This document shows, piece after piece, positions 41,198 to 51,522 of a stretch of 64,000 nucleotides of DNA. Position numbers and translations under genes: made by a program. Under the pieces are notes generated by a model. The model had not been told where the DNA came from, made no database searches, and saw only the letters and a list, made by a program, of their open reading frames with translations. The DNA is from Desulfatiglandales bacterium (GTDB lineage Bacteria > Desulfobacterota > DSM-4660 > Desulfatiglandales > Desulfatiglandaceae), in NCBI GenBank assembly GCA_963662465.1, contig OY759599.1, forward strand, positions 3,520,001 through 3,584,000, in the 5' to 3' direction. The first letter of the stretch is position 1, and every line of letters begins with the position of its first letter.

Positions 41198-42390
41198 ACC
41201 CGATACCGCCCCCAGAAAATGATTGTACCCATGGCCATGACAACGCTTCCGGAAATGAATATGGTTCCGAAATTGAAAAAGTCAAGCAACATCCCCCCCA
41301 ACAAGGGGCCCGCAAGCATCCCCACGCTGTGCCCCAGGGCGAGAAGACCCATGATGGCGCCCATTGCTCCGAGTTGCCGCCCTTCAATGACCCCGATGGC
41401 CATAACCGCCGGCAGGGAAACACCGCCGGCCAACCCCAGAATCCCATTGATCATCATCAACTGGGCAAAAGATTCAGCATGATCCAGACACAGCATGGCG
41501 ACCATTGCCAGAAATCCACCGAAAAGGGTCAAAGAACGTTTGCTGAAGCGATCAGCGGCATATCCCATGGGCGCCTGAAGTAAACCGCTGACCAGCACAT
41601 TCACCATGACCACAAGTCCAATGGCGGAACTGGAAAGTCCCAGGCGGGTGGCAGCCAGCAACGGCAAAAAGCTCCAGGTAATGCCGATGCAGGTTGTAAA
41701 ACAGGTGCGAAATACAAAAATGGAAAAGACCGACGGCATCTTAATCAAATCCAGGTATTGAACCGGTTTCCTTTCCCCGTCGGAAACACCTGTTTTTATT
41801 ATCCTCTCCGCCGGAAGCAGGACAAGGCAAAGGACAAAACCCAGAAACGTGAAGATCCCCATGCACATGAAAGACGCCTGGATATGGAACCAGTCCTTAA
41901 TCAGGCCACCCATCACGGGGCCCGCGCTCAACCCGCCAAAGAGGGAAATATTGAACAGACCCATCAGGCGGCCCTCCTGTCTGGGCGGGATCATCTCCCC
42001 CACATAGGCTTGCGCAACAGGAAGCACCATAGCCGATGCAAAGCCCTGGCCCAGCCGAAGCACAATCAGGGCCGTCACACTTTCCGACGCGGCATAAAAA
42101 AGCGAGACCAGAAAATAGAGGAAAAGCCCGGTGGTAATCAAGGGTTTTTTCCCTTTCCGATCAGATAATTTTCCAAAGTAGGGAACAAAAAGGGTCCTGG
42201 TGAGCGAAAAAGCCCCGAAAATCAAACCGATCTCAAAACCGCCGGCCCCCAGTTCATGGGCATAAATCGGCAGCAACGGCGCCACAAACCCCGCCCCCAT
42301 CGCGGTCACGAAGATGGCGATAAAAAGGGTCGCAAAGATTTTGACATTCGCCCGGTCCATAAAGCTCCCATGAATTTTGTCGGAAACCAT
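41194..42390 (-). CDS. MFS transporter
   Basis: GKLSDRKGKK motif A; about 12 TM segments. Confidence 0.92.
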   Translation of the reverse strand: MVSDKIHGSFMDRANVKIFATLFIAIFVTAMGAGFVAPLLPIYAHELGAGGFEIGLIFGAFSLTRTLFVPYFGKLSDRKGKKPLITTGLFLYFLVSLFYAASESVTALIVLRLGQGFASAMVLPVAQAYVGEMIPPRQEGRLMGLFNISLFGGLSAGPVMGGLIKDWFHIQASFMCMGIFTFLGFVLCLVLLPAERIIKTGVSDGERKPVQYLDLIKMPSVFSIFVFRTCFTTCIGITWSFLPLLAATRLGLSSSAIGLVVMVNVLVSGLLQAPMGYAADRFSKRSLTLFGGFLAMVAMLCLDHAESFAQLMMINGILGLAGGVSLPAVMAIGVIEGRQLGAMGAIMGLLALGHSVGMLAGPLLGGMLLDFFNFGTIFISGSVVMAMGTIIFWGRYRV

Positions 42391-42398
42391 CTGCTAAC

Positions 42399-42450
42399 GC
42401 GGCAAGCCGCAGTTTTAAGTTTTAAGTTTTAAGTTTTCCTGTCAATGAAT
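42399..42450. repeat. Dispersed (AGTTTTA)n element, copy 2 (4 units)
   Basis: Matches 31792-31836. Confidence 0.85.
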
Positions 42451-42696
42451 TTCTTTTTTTTGCAACAGGTTTTCAGAAAACAAGGCACTAATGGCTGTGG
42501 ACCTTCCATGTCAAGCGTAATCTCCACATTTTTACCCACGCCGGGAATAACCGCTTCCCAAAGAATCACCATAATGGTTAAAATCGACCATCAGCAGCAA
42601 CTATTTCTAAAACTTCTATTGCCTTGTTTCAAATGATAGCATAAACTTCGCGGAAATAAAAAAAACGCCTCTTTGATATCAAACGATTCAGCAATT

Positions 42697-43032
42697 ATGA
42701 CAAAACTGGACTATATTTCTCTTTTTCTGATCTTTTTTTCGGTGATTACGATCATTCTTGGCATCGTAAAAATCCATACCTACCCCGGAAAAATCGCCAA
42801 AGCACGAAACCATCCCCAGACCCAGGCCATTGAAGTCACGTCCCTTTTGGGCCTGATCATATTCCCCCTGTGGATGCTGGCGCTGGTTTGGGCCTACTCC
42901 GGCGCCGTCATCGGCGTCATGTACCCTAAAACCGATAACGAACATTCGACAGAACCTTTAAAAAATACCGATAAGCCTCCGGTTGACGCAACTGAAAATA
43001 ACGCAGCGCCGACTGAAAACAAAACGACTTGA
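42697..43032 (+). CDS. DUF3302 (YibI/YiaW-like) small membrane protein
   Basis: IHTYPGKIAKARNHPQ..WMLALVWAY. Confidence 0.8.
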   Translation: MTKLDYISLFLIFFSVITIILGIVKIHTYPGKIAKARNHPQTQAIEVTSLLGLIIFPLWMLALVWAYSGAVIGVMYPKTDNEHSTEPLKNTDKPPVDATENNAAPTENKTT

Positions 43033-43047
43033 TTTGACCGAATCTTT

Positions 43048-44178
43048 ATGGAACTTCTGATCACAATCGCCTATTTTTTTCTTGTCCGCCTGATATTCTT
43101 CGATTTCAAATTGATGAAGTTCAACCTGTTCTGGAAATTTATTGTTTTCGGACTCTGGGTGGGGGCTCTATTGACGGAAATACTCATGCTGGGTCAATTT
43201 ACCCCCTACAGCAAGGAGGCCTTCGTTCAATCCTATGTGGTACAGATGGCGCCCGAATACGGAGGCCGGGTCAAGGAAGTTTTTATTACCTCCAATACCC
43301 CCATTAAAAAAGGCGACCCGCTCTTTCAGATGGACCCGGAGCCCTGGCAGAACAGGGTCGATGAATATGAGGCGCTTCTGGCATCCGCCGGAACTACCGT
43401 TCAGCAGCTGGGTCAGCAGATTGTGGAGGCCAGGGCGAATGGGGCACGCACCCGGGCGAATCTGAAGGGGGCACTTGCAAAGCACGAGATGATTTCAAGG
43501 GCGGCGGAAAAACAAGCCGTATCCAGAATCCACCTTGAAGAAATTGAACAACGGGTGGCGGCACTCAGGGCGCAACTCCAGGCAAACAAGGCGACCCTGC
43601 AAGAGGCGCAACTGGCCTTTGACTCGGAAGTCGGAGACCAACACACTGGCATCGCGGAAGTCCTGGCCAAACTGGCCACCGCAAAATACAACCTGAAAAA
43701 TTCCATCATACGCGCCCCATCGGACGGGTATGTTTCCAACCTGCAACTCTATCCAGGCGCCTTCATCCGCATCAAAAGCCCGGTGATGACCTTTATCAAC
43801 AGCGAGCAGTACTGGATTGCGGCCAAATTGGACCAGCGGGGCATTCAGAGAGTTAGCGTGGGAGATCATGCGGAAATTGCCTTTGATATGTATCCCGGGA
43901 AGGTTTTTCCCGCAAAAGTGGTCAGCGTCATCTGGGCCAATGGCAACGCTCAGGGCGTTCCCAGTGGACGGATTCCCAGGGAAGGCACTGTTAGCGGCGG
44001 CTTTGATTTTATGGTGCGGCTTCATTTGACGGAAAATCATCCGGACTATCCGGTCCGGTTCGGGGCCAGCGGACTGGTGGCGGTATTCACCCATGAGGCC
44101 CCCGACTTTCTGGTGTTGCTGCGACAGATTGAAATCCACTCGGAAAGTTATCTTAAATATCTTTTCAACCCATTTTAA
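43048..44178 (+). CDS. HlyD-family membrane fusion protein (YibH/YiaV-like)
   Basis: KKGDPLFQMD, coiled-coil hairpin, IRAPSDGYV. Confidence 0.9.
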   Translation: MELLITIAYFFLVRLIFFDFKLMKFNLFWKFIVFGLWVGALLTEILMLGQFTPYSKEAFVQSYVVQMAPEYGGRVKEVFITSNTPIKKGDPLFQMDPEPWQNRVDEYEALLASAGTTVQQLGQQIVEARANGARTRANLKGALAKHEMISRAAEKQAVSRIHLEEIEQRVAALRAQLQANKATLQEAQLAFDSEVGDQHTGIAEVLAKLATAKYNLKNSIIRAPSDGYVSNLQLYPGAFIRIKSPVMTFINSEQYWIAAKLDQRGIQRVSVGDHAEIAFDMYPGKVFPAKVVSVIWANGNAQGVPSGRIPREGTVSGGFDFMVRLHLTENHPDYPVRFGASGLVAVFTHEAPDFLVLLRQIEIHSESYLKYLFNPF

Positions 44179-44221
44179 ATCATCATGAATTGATTTTCGG
44201 CGCAAGAAGGGTAAAACGGCA

Positions 44222-45682
44222 ATGTTCAGGGCAAGGACGACCATTCCAATTATCACATTTTTGATAGCCATCGCCTTTTCATCGAGCTGCGCGCCTGTCG
44301 GGCCCAACTACCGGAAGCCGGAAATCAAAACCCCGGATGCATGGCATGAAAAGGTGACGGAAGAGATGTCGAAACAGTCCGGCGCCTCTCTTCAAACCTG
44401 GTGGACCATTTTTGAAGACCCGCTACTAAACGATCTCATCGAGCAGGCTCGCCAATCCAACCTGAATCTGAAAATTGCCCTATCCGGCATTGCCGCATCG
44501 CGCGCCCGTCTGGGTATTGCCTCCGGCCAGGAACTGCCAGATGCCAATGCCCTGGGGTCCTTTTCCCGATTCAAGCACAGCGACAAAGGCCCACTGAAAC
44601 AACTGGCCCCCACGAACGGATTTGACGGCCAGAATATGTTTATGGTGGGAGTGGACGCATTATGGGAAGTTGATGTGTTCGGCAGAATACGACGTCAGAT
44701 CGAAGCCGCGGGCGCCCAGTATGAAGCCTCTATCGAAGACTATCGGGACGTTCTGGTAACGCTTTTTGCCGATGTGGCCCTGGCCTATGTGGAGATACGC
44801 TCCTGTCAACGTCAAATTGAATGCGCCGTAACCAATGCCGCCATTCAACGCAAAATGCTGGAGTTAACCCGGGCCCGTTACGACAGCGGCATCGCCTCCA
44901 GGCTGGATACCTCCCAGGCCATGAGCAATTTGGCCAATACGGAAGCGGCCATCCCCCCCCTGACCATCCAGCTCAATGCAGCCATCAACAGACTGGCTGT
45001 TCTAATAGGCAAGGATGCCGGCGGCCTTCAGCACAAGATGAAAAAACCCGAACGTATCCCCTTTCCAAGAACGGACATCAGCGTCGGCGTCCCGGCAGAC
45101 CTCCTGCGCCAAAGACCGGATATTCGAATAGCGGAAAAACGGCTGGCAGCTCAGACCGCGTTGATTGGCGCCGCCACGGCGGACCTCTATCCCCGATTTG
45201 CCATTTCAGGGTTTTTCGGCATGGAAACCGGAAACTTTTCAGACCTGGGAGACGGCTCAATTCTGGCGTGGGGGGTTAAAACGCCTATCAAATGGAATTT
45301 TTTCAGTGGCGGCAAAACCCGCAGTAACATCGCCCTTCAAAAGGAAATTGCTCAACAGGATCTGTTCAAATATGAAAACACGGTACTCACGGCAATAGAG
45401 GAAGTAAGAAATGCCATTGTGGCCCACGCTCAGGAGAAGATTCGGCGCAACTGGCTGCTTGCGGCAGTTACAGCAACCCGTGAAGCCGTGGATCTGGTCA
45501 TTGTGCAGTATGAAACAGGGCTAACCGATTTCAACAACGTCCTGGTGACCCAAAAAACCCTATTCAACCAGCAGGTTCAGCTGATCGCCAGCCAGGCCGG
45601 CGTGGTGCTTAACCTGATCCGTCTCTACAAAGCCCTTGGGGGCGGGTGGCCCATTAAGGATTCGCCGGAATCCAGCCCATGA
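44222..45682 (+). CDS. Outer membrane efflux lipoprotein (NodT/OprM family)
   Basis: SSC lipobox + VGPNY, WEVDVFG, LLRQRPDI, LYKALGGGW. Confidence 0.93.
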   Translation: MFRARTTIPIITFLIAIAFSSSCAPVGPNYRKPEIKTPDAWHEKVTEEMSKQSGASLQTWWTIFEDPLLNDLIEQARQSNLNLKIALSGIAASRARLGIASGQELPDANALGSFSRFKHSDKGPLKQLAPTNGFDGQNMFMVGVDALWEVDVFGRIRRQIEAAGAQYEASIEDYRDVLVTLFADVALAYVEIRSCQRQIECAVTNAAIQRKMLELTRARYDSGIASRLDTSQAMSNLANTEAAIPPLTIQLNAAINRLAVLIGKDAGGLQHKMKKPERIPFPRTDISVGVPADLLRQRPDIRIAEKRLAAQTALIGAATADLYPRFAISGFFGMETGNFSDLGDGSILAWGVKTPIKWNFFSGGKTRSNIALQKEIAQQDLFKYENTVLTAIEEVRNAIVAHAQEKIRRNWLLAAVTATREAVDLVIVQYETGLTDFNNVLVTQKTLFNQQVQLIASQAGVVLNLIRLYKALGGGWPIKDSPESSP

Positions 45683-45713
45683 AATAAACAACCATCAGGG
45701 TAGACAGCGGCGG

Positions 45714-46625
45714 CTATGGAGAAAAGTACCGAACCAGGGCACGCTTTCTACCGCTGATCCGCTGGTATTTTTCATTGGGATATCCCAGTGCGATAACCGC
45801 ATAGGGTGTCTCACCATGGGACATACCGATTCCTTCAGGAATCCGCCGGTCTCGTTTCATGGCCTCAACGGCAAATCCGATGAGACAGGCGCCAAGACCC
45901 ATAACATGGGCGGAAAGGAGGATGTTCTGGGTGGCCAGAAGAGCATCTTCGGCTGGGCAGGAGGCATCTTTTCCGGAACCCACCACAATGGCCGCCGGGG
46001 CGCCGTGAAAAAGCAGGTCCTTGCCGCCATTTTCCCATGTTTCAAGACCTTCGCGGATGGTTTCATAGTAGTTCTGAAAATAGTTTTCAAGCGCTGGCTT
46101 GCCCAATAGCCGCAACGCTTTCCTGAGACAGATATTATCAGCGGTTCGGTTCAGTTTCCTGAAAAAATCGCCGACTCTCCTGACCAAATGCAGCACCGCG
46201 GGTCGATCAGGAAGGATGGTGAAAGTCCACTGTTGGGAGTTGGTGCCCGAGGGGGCTGAAATCCCGATTTTCACCAGGTCCTCCAGGATATCCCTTGGAA
46301 CCGGGTTCGTTCGATAGTTTCTGCAGGAACGTCTCGATTGCATGAGATTGACCAGTTCCCGGATGTTTCCTTTTCCGAAGGGCAACCACGCTGACTTTCC
46401 TTCAAAAGTCTTGAAAGTGGATAAATCCGGATCAAGTGCCCCCACCCGCACCGCACTGGTGGGGCATACGGCCTGGCAATGGCCGCAATTAAGAGACAGG
46501 GCGCCCGTGACCCATGCCTTTTTTCCTTTCATGGTGATGGTGTCGGATGGGCAAACCGCCACACAGCGGCCGCATCCGTTACAGAGGATTTCATCAATCG
46601 TGGTGGTGACGCTTCTGTCCATCAT
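45714..46625 (-). CDS. Nitroreductase with N-terminal ferredoxin domain
   Basis: CNGCGRCVAVCP, RRSCRNY, APSGTNSQ, ALGYP. Confidence 0.92.
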   Translation of the reverse strand: MMDRSVTTTIDEILCNGCGRCVAVCPSDTITMKGKKAWVTGALSLNCGHCQAVCPTSAVRVGALDPDLSTFKTFEGKSAWLPFGKGNIRELVNLMQSRRSCRNYRTNPVPRDILEDLVKIGISAPSGTNSQQWTFTILPDRPAVLHLVRRVGDFFRKLNRTADNICLRKALRLLGKPALENYFQNYYETIREGLETWENGGKDLLFHGAPAAIVVGSGKDASCPAEDALLATQNILLSAHVMGLGACLIGFAVEAMKRDRRIPEGIGMSHGETPYAVIALGYPNEKYQRISGRKRALVRYFSP

Positions 46626-46714
46626 AGCAACACCTACATAACATGGCCCTGCCGCTTCAACGGCTTCACCTCGGCCTATCCTTCAGGTTTCTATCAGGGG
46701 TTGACTGACGTCAA

Positions 46715-47200
46715 CTATTTTTTCCATTCAGTGGATAATGGGGGCGTCATAACAGGGGGGGCTTGATCTTTGTGAAACCAACCGCCCATAGTCATCCGTA
46801 GCTCTTCATAATTCTTGAAATCGTGAAGATTCTGCCTTATTTCATCAACGGATTGTGCCTGTTTAAGCCCGGTTCGCCATGCCTTTTTTTCGACTGTGCC
46901 GATTATCAAGTAATTGTTGCCAACATCTTGAGGCATCCGTTGGGAAAATAATAGAGTCAAGTGATGCTCAATTTCATGTTTGTGCCCGATAAGTAGATCA
47001 CAATGAGAACAATACCGGTTGGTATAATTAAGGGATATTAAATTCATAGGATCGACATGAATGAGTAGCGGGAGCTTCCTCTGGCCTGTTTTGCTCTCAC
47101 AAATCGGGCATTTTGAGAATTTTAAATCCGGATAGGGGTTAAGGGAAAAACTATATTCAGGAGCCAATTGACCAAAGTGCTTTCGTTCCGCCTTCGCCAT
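46715..47200 (-). CDS. Hypothetical protein with CxxC pairs
   Basis: CPIC and CSHC; GAGG RBS. Confidence 0.7.
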   Translation of the reverse strand: MAKAERKHFGQLAPEYSFSLNPYPDLKFSKCPICESKTGQRKLPLLIHVDPMNLISLNYTNRYCSHCDLLIGHKHEIEHHLTLLFSQRMPQDVGNNYLIIGTVEKKAWRTGLKQAQSVDEIRQNLHDFKNYEELRMTMGGWFHKDQAPPVMTPPLSTEWKK

Positions 47201-47370
47201 AATACCTCTCTTTTACATTACTTTTTTCATTTTACGATTGCAGCGCAAACAAAACTGGAACGACTGTCCATCAGTATCCTTTTCATAACGGCATTGGTCA
47301 TAATAATTCAGTTTGCATTTGGGACAAGCAAATACAATGGATATTCTGCATATAAAACATCTCGAAAGCT

Positions 47371-48099
47371 CTATTTCGGTTTGCCGGGATATCCCAGTGT
47401 TTCCAACGCCGCATATGCCGCATCATAAATAGAATCGTAACACAGCTTAAATGATTTCATTCCGTTGCTCAGATCCCAGAGGGGCAAATAGACAACCACT
47501 GAGACCTCGTTATCTGGATTGTATGCCATCAAGGAAAGGTTTCCCACCCTGGCGCCATTGTGACCATAACCCAGATTCTCACGATATTCGCAACCCAGGG
47601 CATATGAAGGGTTGCTTTCGGAAACATCGTGCTGCATTAGATGAACGGTCTCTTCCTGAAGGACATTTTCCCCACACATTAGACTGCGGATATACCGGTT
47701 CACTTGACTCATTGTGCCATAACCGTTGCCTTCAGCCACCTGTGCACTCATATTCGCTTCGCAAACTACCCCTGTTTCGCTTCCCGCGTAAATGGTTCCG
47801 CACACATACGGCTCCGGCATAATCTGGTCTGTGGCAAGATAGGGAAAACCCATATCCAGGGGCACCGGAGAGGTTCCGCCTGTTATATTTTCATTCAGAT
47901 AGTCGGTGTAGGTCTTTGGGCTGTCAGATCGAAAAGAATAGACCCTGGCTATGATTTCACCCAGCATGGAATATCCCGTGTTACTGTAATGATAACCTTC
48001 CCCTGGAAAAAAATAAGAAAGCTGATTTATGGCTGCCTGCCCTACCAATTCATCCGCGGTAAACTGGTGATTGGGATCATTTAAAGTTACGTATTCAGT
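47371..48099 (-). pseudogene. Serine hydrolase (beta-lactamase/PBP-like), 3' part, IS-disrupted
   Basis: YSNTGY and GHNG motifs; in frame with the 5' part once the IS and one TSD are removed. Confidence 0.88.
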
Positions 48100-48283
48100 G
48101 TAAGTCCAGAGTTCCTGGTAAATGACCTTTACGCAACTTAACTGTTTGAAATCGTTATACTGGAGCTTCTCATAATTTCGTGTGCATTTCAGATTTTAGT
48201 GCAGCGTAACTAGCTGAAAATATTAGGTGGGGCAAAATATTTTTTTTATTGACAAATGAAAACTGAAAAATTATCTTCAGACC

Positions 48284-50551
48284 ATGATTGTCAAAACAGA
48301 AAAAATTAGCGACCTATCCATATGGACCGAGCGGGATTGGAAGGAAAAAATCACTGTTACGGTTTATCATGAGTATCGTCCTGTCGTCAGTTTCGATCCT
48401 GGGAAGATAAATGATAGGAGACTCGCTGCCGTACAACTTGTCGAGCTTGGTTATTGTAAAAACCGGGTTGCCGGTAAAATCTGTGGGTTTCACCGCAATA
48501 CGGTTGGCAAACTGCTTCGCACCAAAAGACTTTTAGGTGTTGAGGCCATATTTGAGGACAACCGTGGTCCCAAGGCTCCCTGGAAATATATTGGCAGCAT
48601 TCGCAAAACCATCAAAAAACTTATCCGCGAGAATCCTGACTGGACTGACCAGCAGATTGCAAATGCCGCGGAAAAGCAAACTGAAACGACTATTTCGAGA
48701 AGTGCTGTAGCTCGTATCAGAACCGCGGACCAAGATGCAGAAACTGAAAAGCCTACAAAGCATGACTTGGAGCAACTGGCTAAAATTGCGGATAGTATTG
48801 ATTTGAAGCAACACGACGAGCGACAGCTTTCTTTCAACTTTGAGGCTGATTCTGAGTTCAAAAAGAAGGTAGATGAATTTGCTGATGAGGATACACCCAA
48901 GCCACAAACCGATACAGATAAAGTATTCCTGGATTATCTTCAACAGGGACAACGCAATGTCTTTGCCGGCATGCTTCTTCACCATCTGTTTTTAGATTAT
49001 ATCAACTTCCCAAATGCCTTTGATTTGCCTTCTTATTCCAATAATATGTATGATAATTATGAAGTGATGGAAACTGTCCTTTTCGGGTTGAACATCGGGT
49101 TGCCATCTATCGAATCCCATAAGCTGGTCAACAGTAGGGACATGGGGCTTTTGCTGGGACGAACCAGTTCCCCCGATGAGACCACTATTCGGTTGCGTTT
49201 AAAACAGATGGCCGAGTTCAAGCCCTCAGAGAGCCTGATAGATTATTTCGCAAACCTGTTTCTATCGTTGGGGTTCATCAACCCAGAGGTGTTTTTTATC
49301 GATGGGCACTTCCTTCCCTATTATGGACTGAAAGTTCTATCCAAAGGCTACCATACCGTGAGACGAATTGTCATGAAAGGAAACGAGATTTATGTTGTCA
49401 GCGACCTTGACGGGAAGCCTTTCTTTTCAATTACCGAAGGGTGTGATATCGATTTCAGGCCGATCATCATAAGAGCGGCCGACAAGATAATCAGCCTGGG
49501 TGTCGACCGCCCCATTGTGGTTTTTGATCGCGGTGGTTATGGTGTTCACTTTTTCAGTCAATTATCGAAAAGGGCTGACTTTATTACGTGGGCCAGGTAT
49601 GTGAAAAAAGATGAATTGAAAGACTTGGAATATACGAGCTGCTTGATGTTTAATGGGAAAAGATATCTCATTGCCGAGAAAACAAAACTGATTCGTGAAT
49701 CGATTTCTACAGCTGCCAAAGAAGGCCGAACAGAGGCAACTTCGACAGAAGTACGTATGGTTGTTTTCAAGGAATTGGACAAGGATAGACCTGTGGCAAT
49801 ATATACCAGCAATCATCAAAAGCCTGCTCCTGATATTGCCGCATATATGCTTTCACGATGGGGAGAGTCTGAAAACTTTTTCAAAGAGATGATGTCCCTG
49901 TACAACTTCAATTATCATCCCGGTTATGATCTTAAAGAACTTGAAGAACAGCCTCTTGTAGATAATCCTGAGGTAAAAACAATCAAAAAAACGATCAAGG
50001 GAATTAAACAAAAGATGGGGCAATTGGCGCTTGCAAAACAACAAACAGAGTCCAAAATAGAAGCACGAAAAGATCTTCGTCTTAAAAAAAAGCTAAACAC
50101 GCTCCAGGAAGAGATAGAGAAATACGACAAAGAGCTTGACGGTTTTCAGGCAGCCTTAAAAGAAATGCCTGACAAAGTATCGATAATTGAAGTGCTGAAA
50201 GGCAGACCAATGAACAAGGCAGATCTGGAGAAAAAGAAGCTCTACGACCTGATACAAATGATTGCCTTTCACTCACGCGAGCATCTGGTTGGCCTGTTCC
50301 GTTCATGTTATGATGATCCGCGGGATGTGAAACAGATCCTGACAAAGGTCACAAAACTCCCTGGTTATGTGAAATTAGTCGGGAAAACACTTGTTGTGCT
50401 TTTAGATTGGATAGAGGACAAAAAGCATCGGAAGGCAGCAACAAGATTTTGCCATCTGATAAACACTATGTCGCCCAAATTGAGAGGTCGCATGGAGTTC
50501 GACCTTTATTTTCGCATCTCCTCAATCCCTCAAGTGGGTTATTGCTGTTAA
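48284..50551 (+). CDS. Large DDE transposase (755 aa)
   Basis: N-terminal HTH-like segments, FIDGH, VFDRGG, RWGESENFFK; long coiled coil. Confidence 0.85.
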   Translation: MIVKTEKISDLSIWTERDWKEKITVTVYHEYRPVVSFDPGKINDRRLAAVQLVELGYCKNRVAGKICGFHRNTVGKLLRTKRLLGVEAIFEDNRGPKAPWKYIGSIRKTIKKLIRENPDWTDQQIANAAEKQTETTISRSAVARIRTADQDAETEKPTKHDLEQLAKIADSIDLKQHDERQLSFNFEADSEFKKKVDEFADEDTPKPQTDTDKVFLDYLQQGQRNVFAGMLLHHLFLDYINFPNAFDLPSYSNNMYDNYEVMETVLFGLNIGLPSIESHKLVNSRDMGLLLGRTSSPDETTIRLRLKQMAEFKPSESLIDYFANLFLSLGFINPEVFFIDGHFLPYYGLKVLSKGYHTVRRIVMKGNEIYVVSDLDGKPFFSITEGCDIDFRPIIIRAADKIISLGVDRPIVVFDRGGYGVHFFSQLSKRADFITWARYVKKDELKDLEYTSCLMFNGKRYLIAEKTKLIRESISTAAKEGRTEATSTEVRMVVFKELDKDRPVAIYTSNHQKPAPDIAAYMLSRWGESENFFKEMMSLYNFNYHPGYDLKELEEQPLVDNPEVKTIKKTIKGIKQKMGQLALAKQQTESKIEARKDLRLKKKLNTLQEEIEKYDKELDGFQAALKEMPDKVSIIEVLKGRPMNKADLEKKKLYDLIQMIAFHSREHLVGLFRSCYDDPRDVKQILTKVTKLPGYVKLVGKTLVVLLDWIEDKKHRKAATRFCHLINTMSPKLRGRMEFDLYFRISSIPQVGYCC

Positions 50552-50605
50552 AGCCTTGCTCATCGTTTCAGCCATCCTACGCAGGGTATCGTGTTTCGAC
50601 CACAT

Positions 50606-50631
50606 GTAGGGGCGAAAAATCTTTCGCCCTA
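50606..50631. repeat. GTAG REP palindrome within the IS 3' region
   Basis: GTAGGGGCGAAAAATCTTTCGCCCTA. Confidence 0.65.
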
Positions 50632-50714
50632 ATGGCCGAAACAATGATCAAGGCCGCTGTTGAACTAAATGCACAATTTGAATTGAGAAAAAACGTCATT
50701 TACTATGATGTCTG

Positions 50715-51236
50715 GTAAGTCATGCCGTCACATCCGGGCACAACATTATTGTCTACATCGTAAACGCCGGCGCTGTGTTGCAACAGCTGTTCGATTGTGA
50801 TGTCTTCCTTGAAAGGGACATCCCAATTTGACGTATCGGGGACATAGGAAAGGTTAGTGCCGGGTATTATTTCAACAACGCGATCTTTTATGTCCAACCA
50901 TCCATCCTGATGCATCTTCAATATGGCTGCGCCTGTGAAGTTCTTGGTATTGCTTGCGAAACGAAAATACGTATCTTCTGTGATTGCCTGAGCTGGGATA
51001 TCCGAAGCAGAAACAAAAATGGTTTCATTCACAGTTTGAATAATCAGATTGAGGGAAGGAACTTTATTCCCCAAATTAGCGGCCAGACTTCCTCGGACCT
51101 CGTTCACCGCAAATAGCACCCTGGCCTGTTTTGAAGAGGAACTGGAATCAGATCCACTACATGAGTAAATCAACAGCACAGCAGCAAACAACAATACAAA
51201 ACCCAACACGCGCTTGTTTTTTGAAAGCCCACACAT
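50715..51236 (-). pseudogene. Serine hydrolase lipoprotein, 5' part
   Basis: LLIYSC lipobox, FASNTK (SxxK), LLQHSAG. Confidence 0.88.
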
Positions 51237-51300
51237 AAAATTCCTCCCTATTTTTTCGAACGTCATACAACCCAACCCGTTTTTAAAATAAGCCTTTTCC

Positions 51301-51408
51301 TCAACAACCGCCTGTTTGCCTTTTCCAGTCCGGCAACCTTGATCAGTTATGCGGCCACCTTTGCGGTTACATTTCTCATGAGTCTTTATCTACAGTTCAT
51401 CAGGGGAT
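51301..51408 (+). pseudogene. Internal scrap of a DHA2-type MFS transporter
   Basis: NNRLFAFSSPATLISYAATFAVTFLMSLYLQFIRG. Confidence 0.55.
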
Positions 51409-51522
51409 CAGGAATGAAATTCCTTCCCCCAAACCCGCTCCTCGCCGTTATTACGGGGGAGCAGGCCAGGAACCATAACCCCACCAAGGGTCATAAACGA
51501 ACGTTCCCATATTCTCCGTTTT

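Larger units (their letters stand above)
48107..50714 (+). mobile_element. 2608-bp insertion sequence, family uncertain
   Basis: Imperfect IRs CAGA-N7-GTAAATGAC-N-TTT; 7-bp TSD GTAAGTC at 48100-48106 and 50715-50721. Confidence 0.92.
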
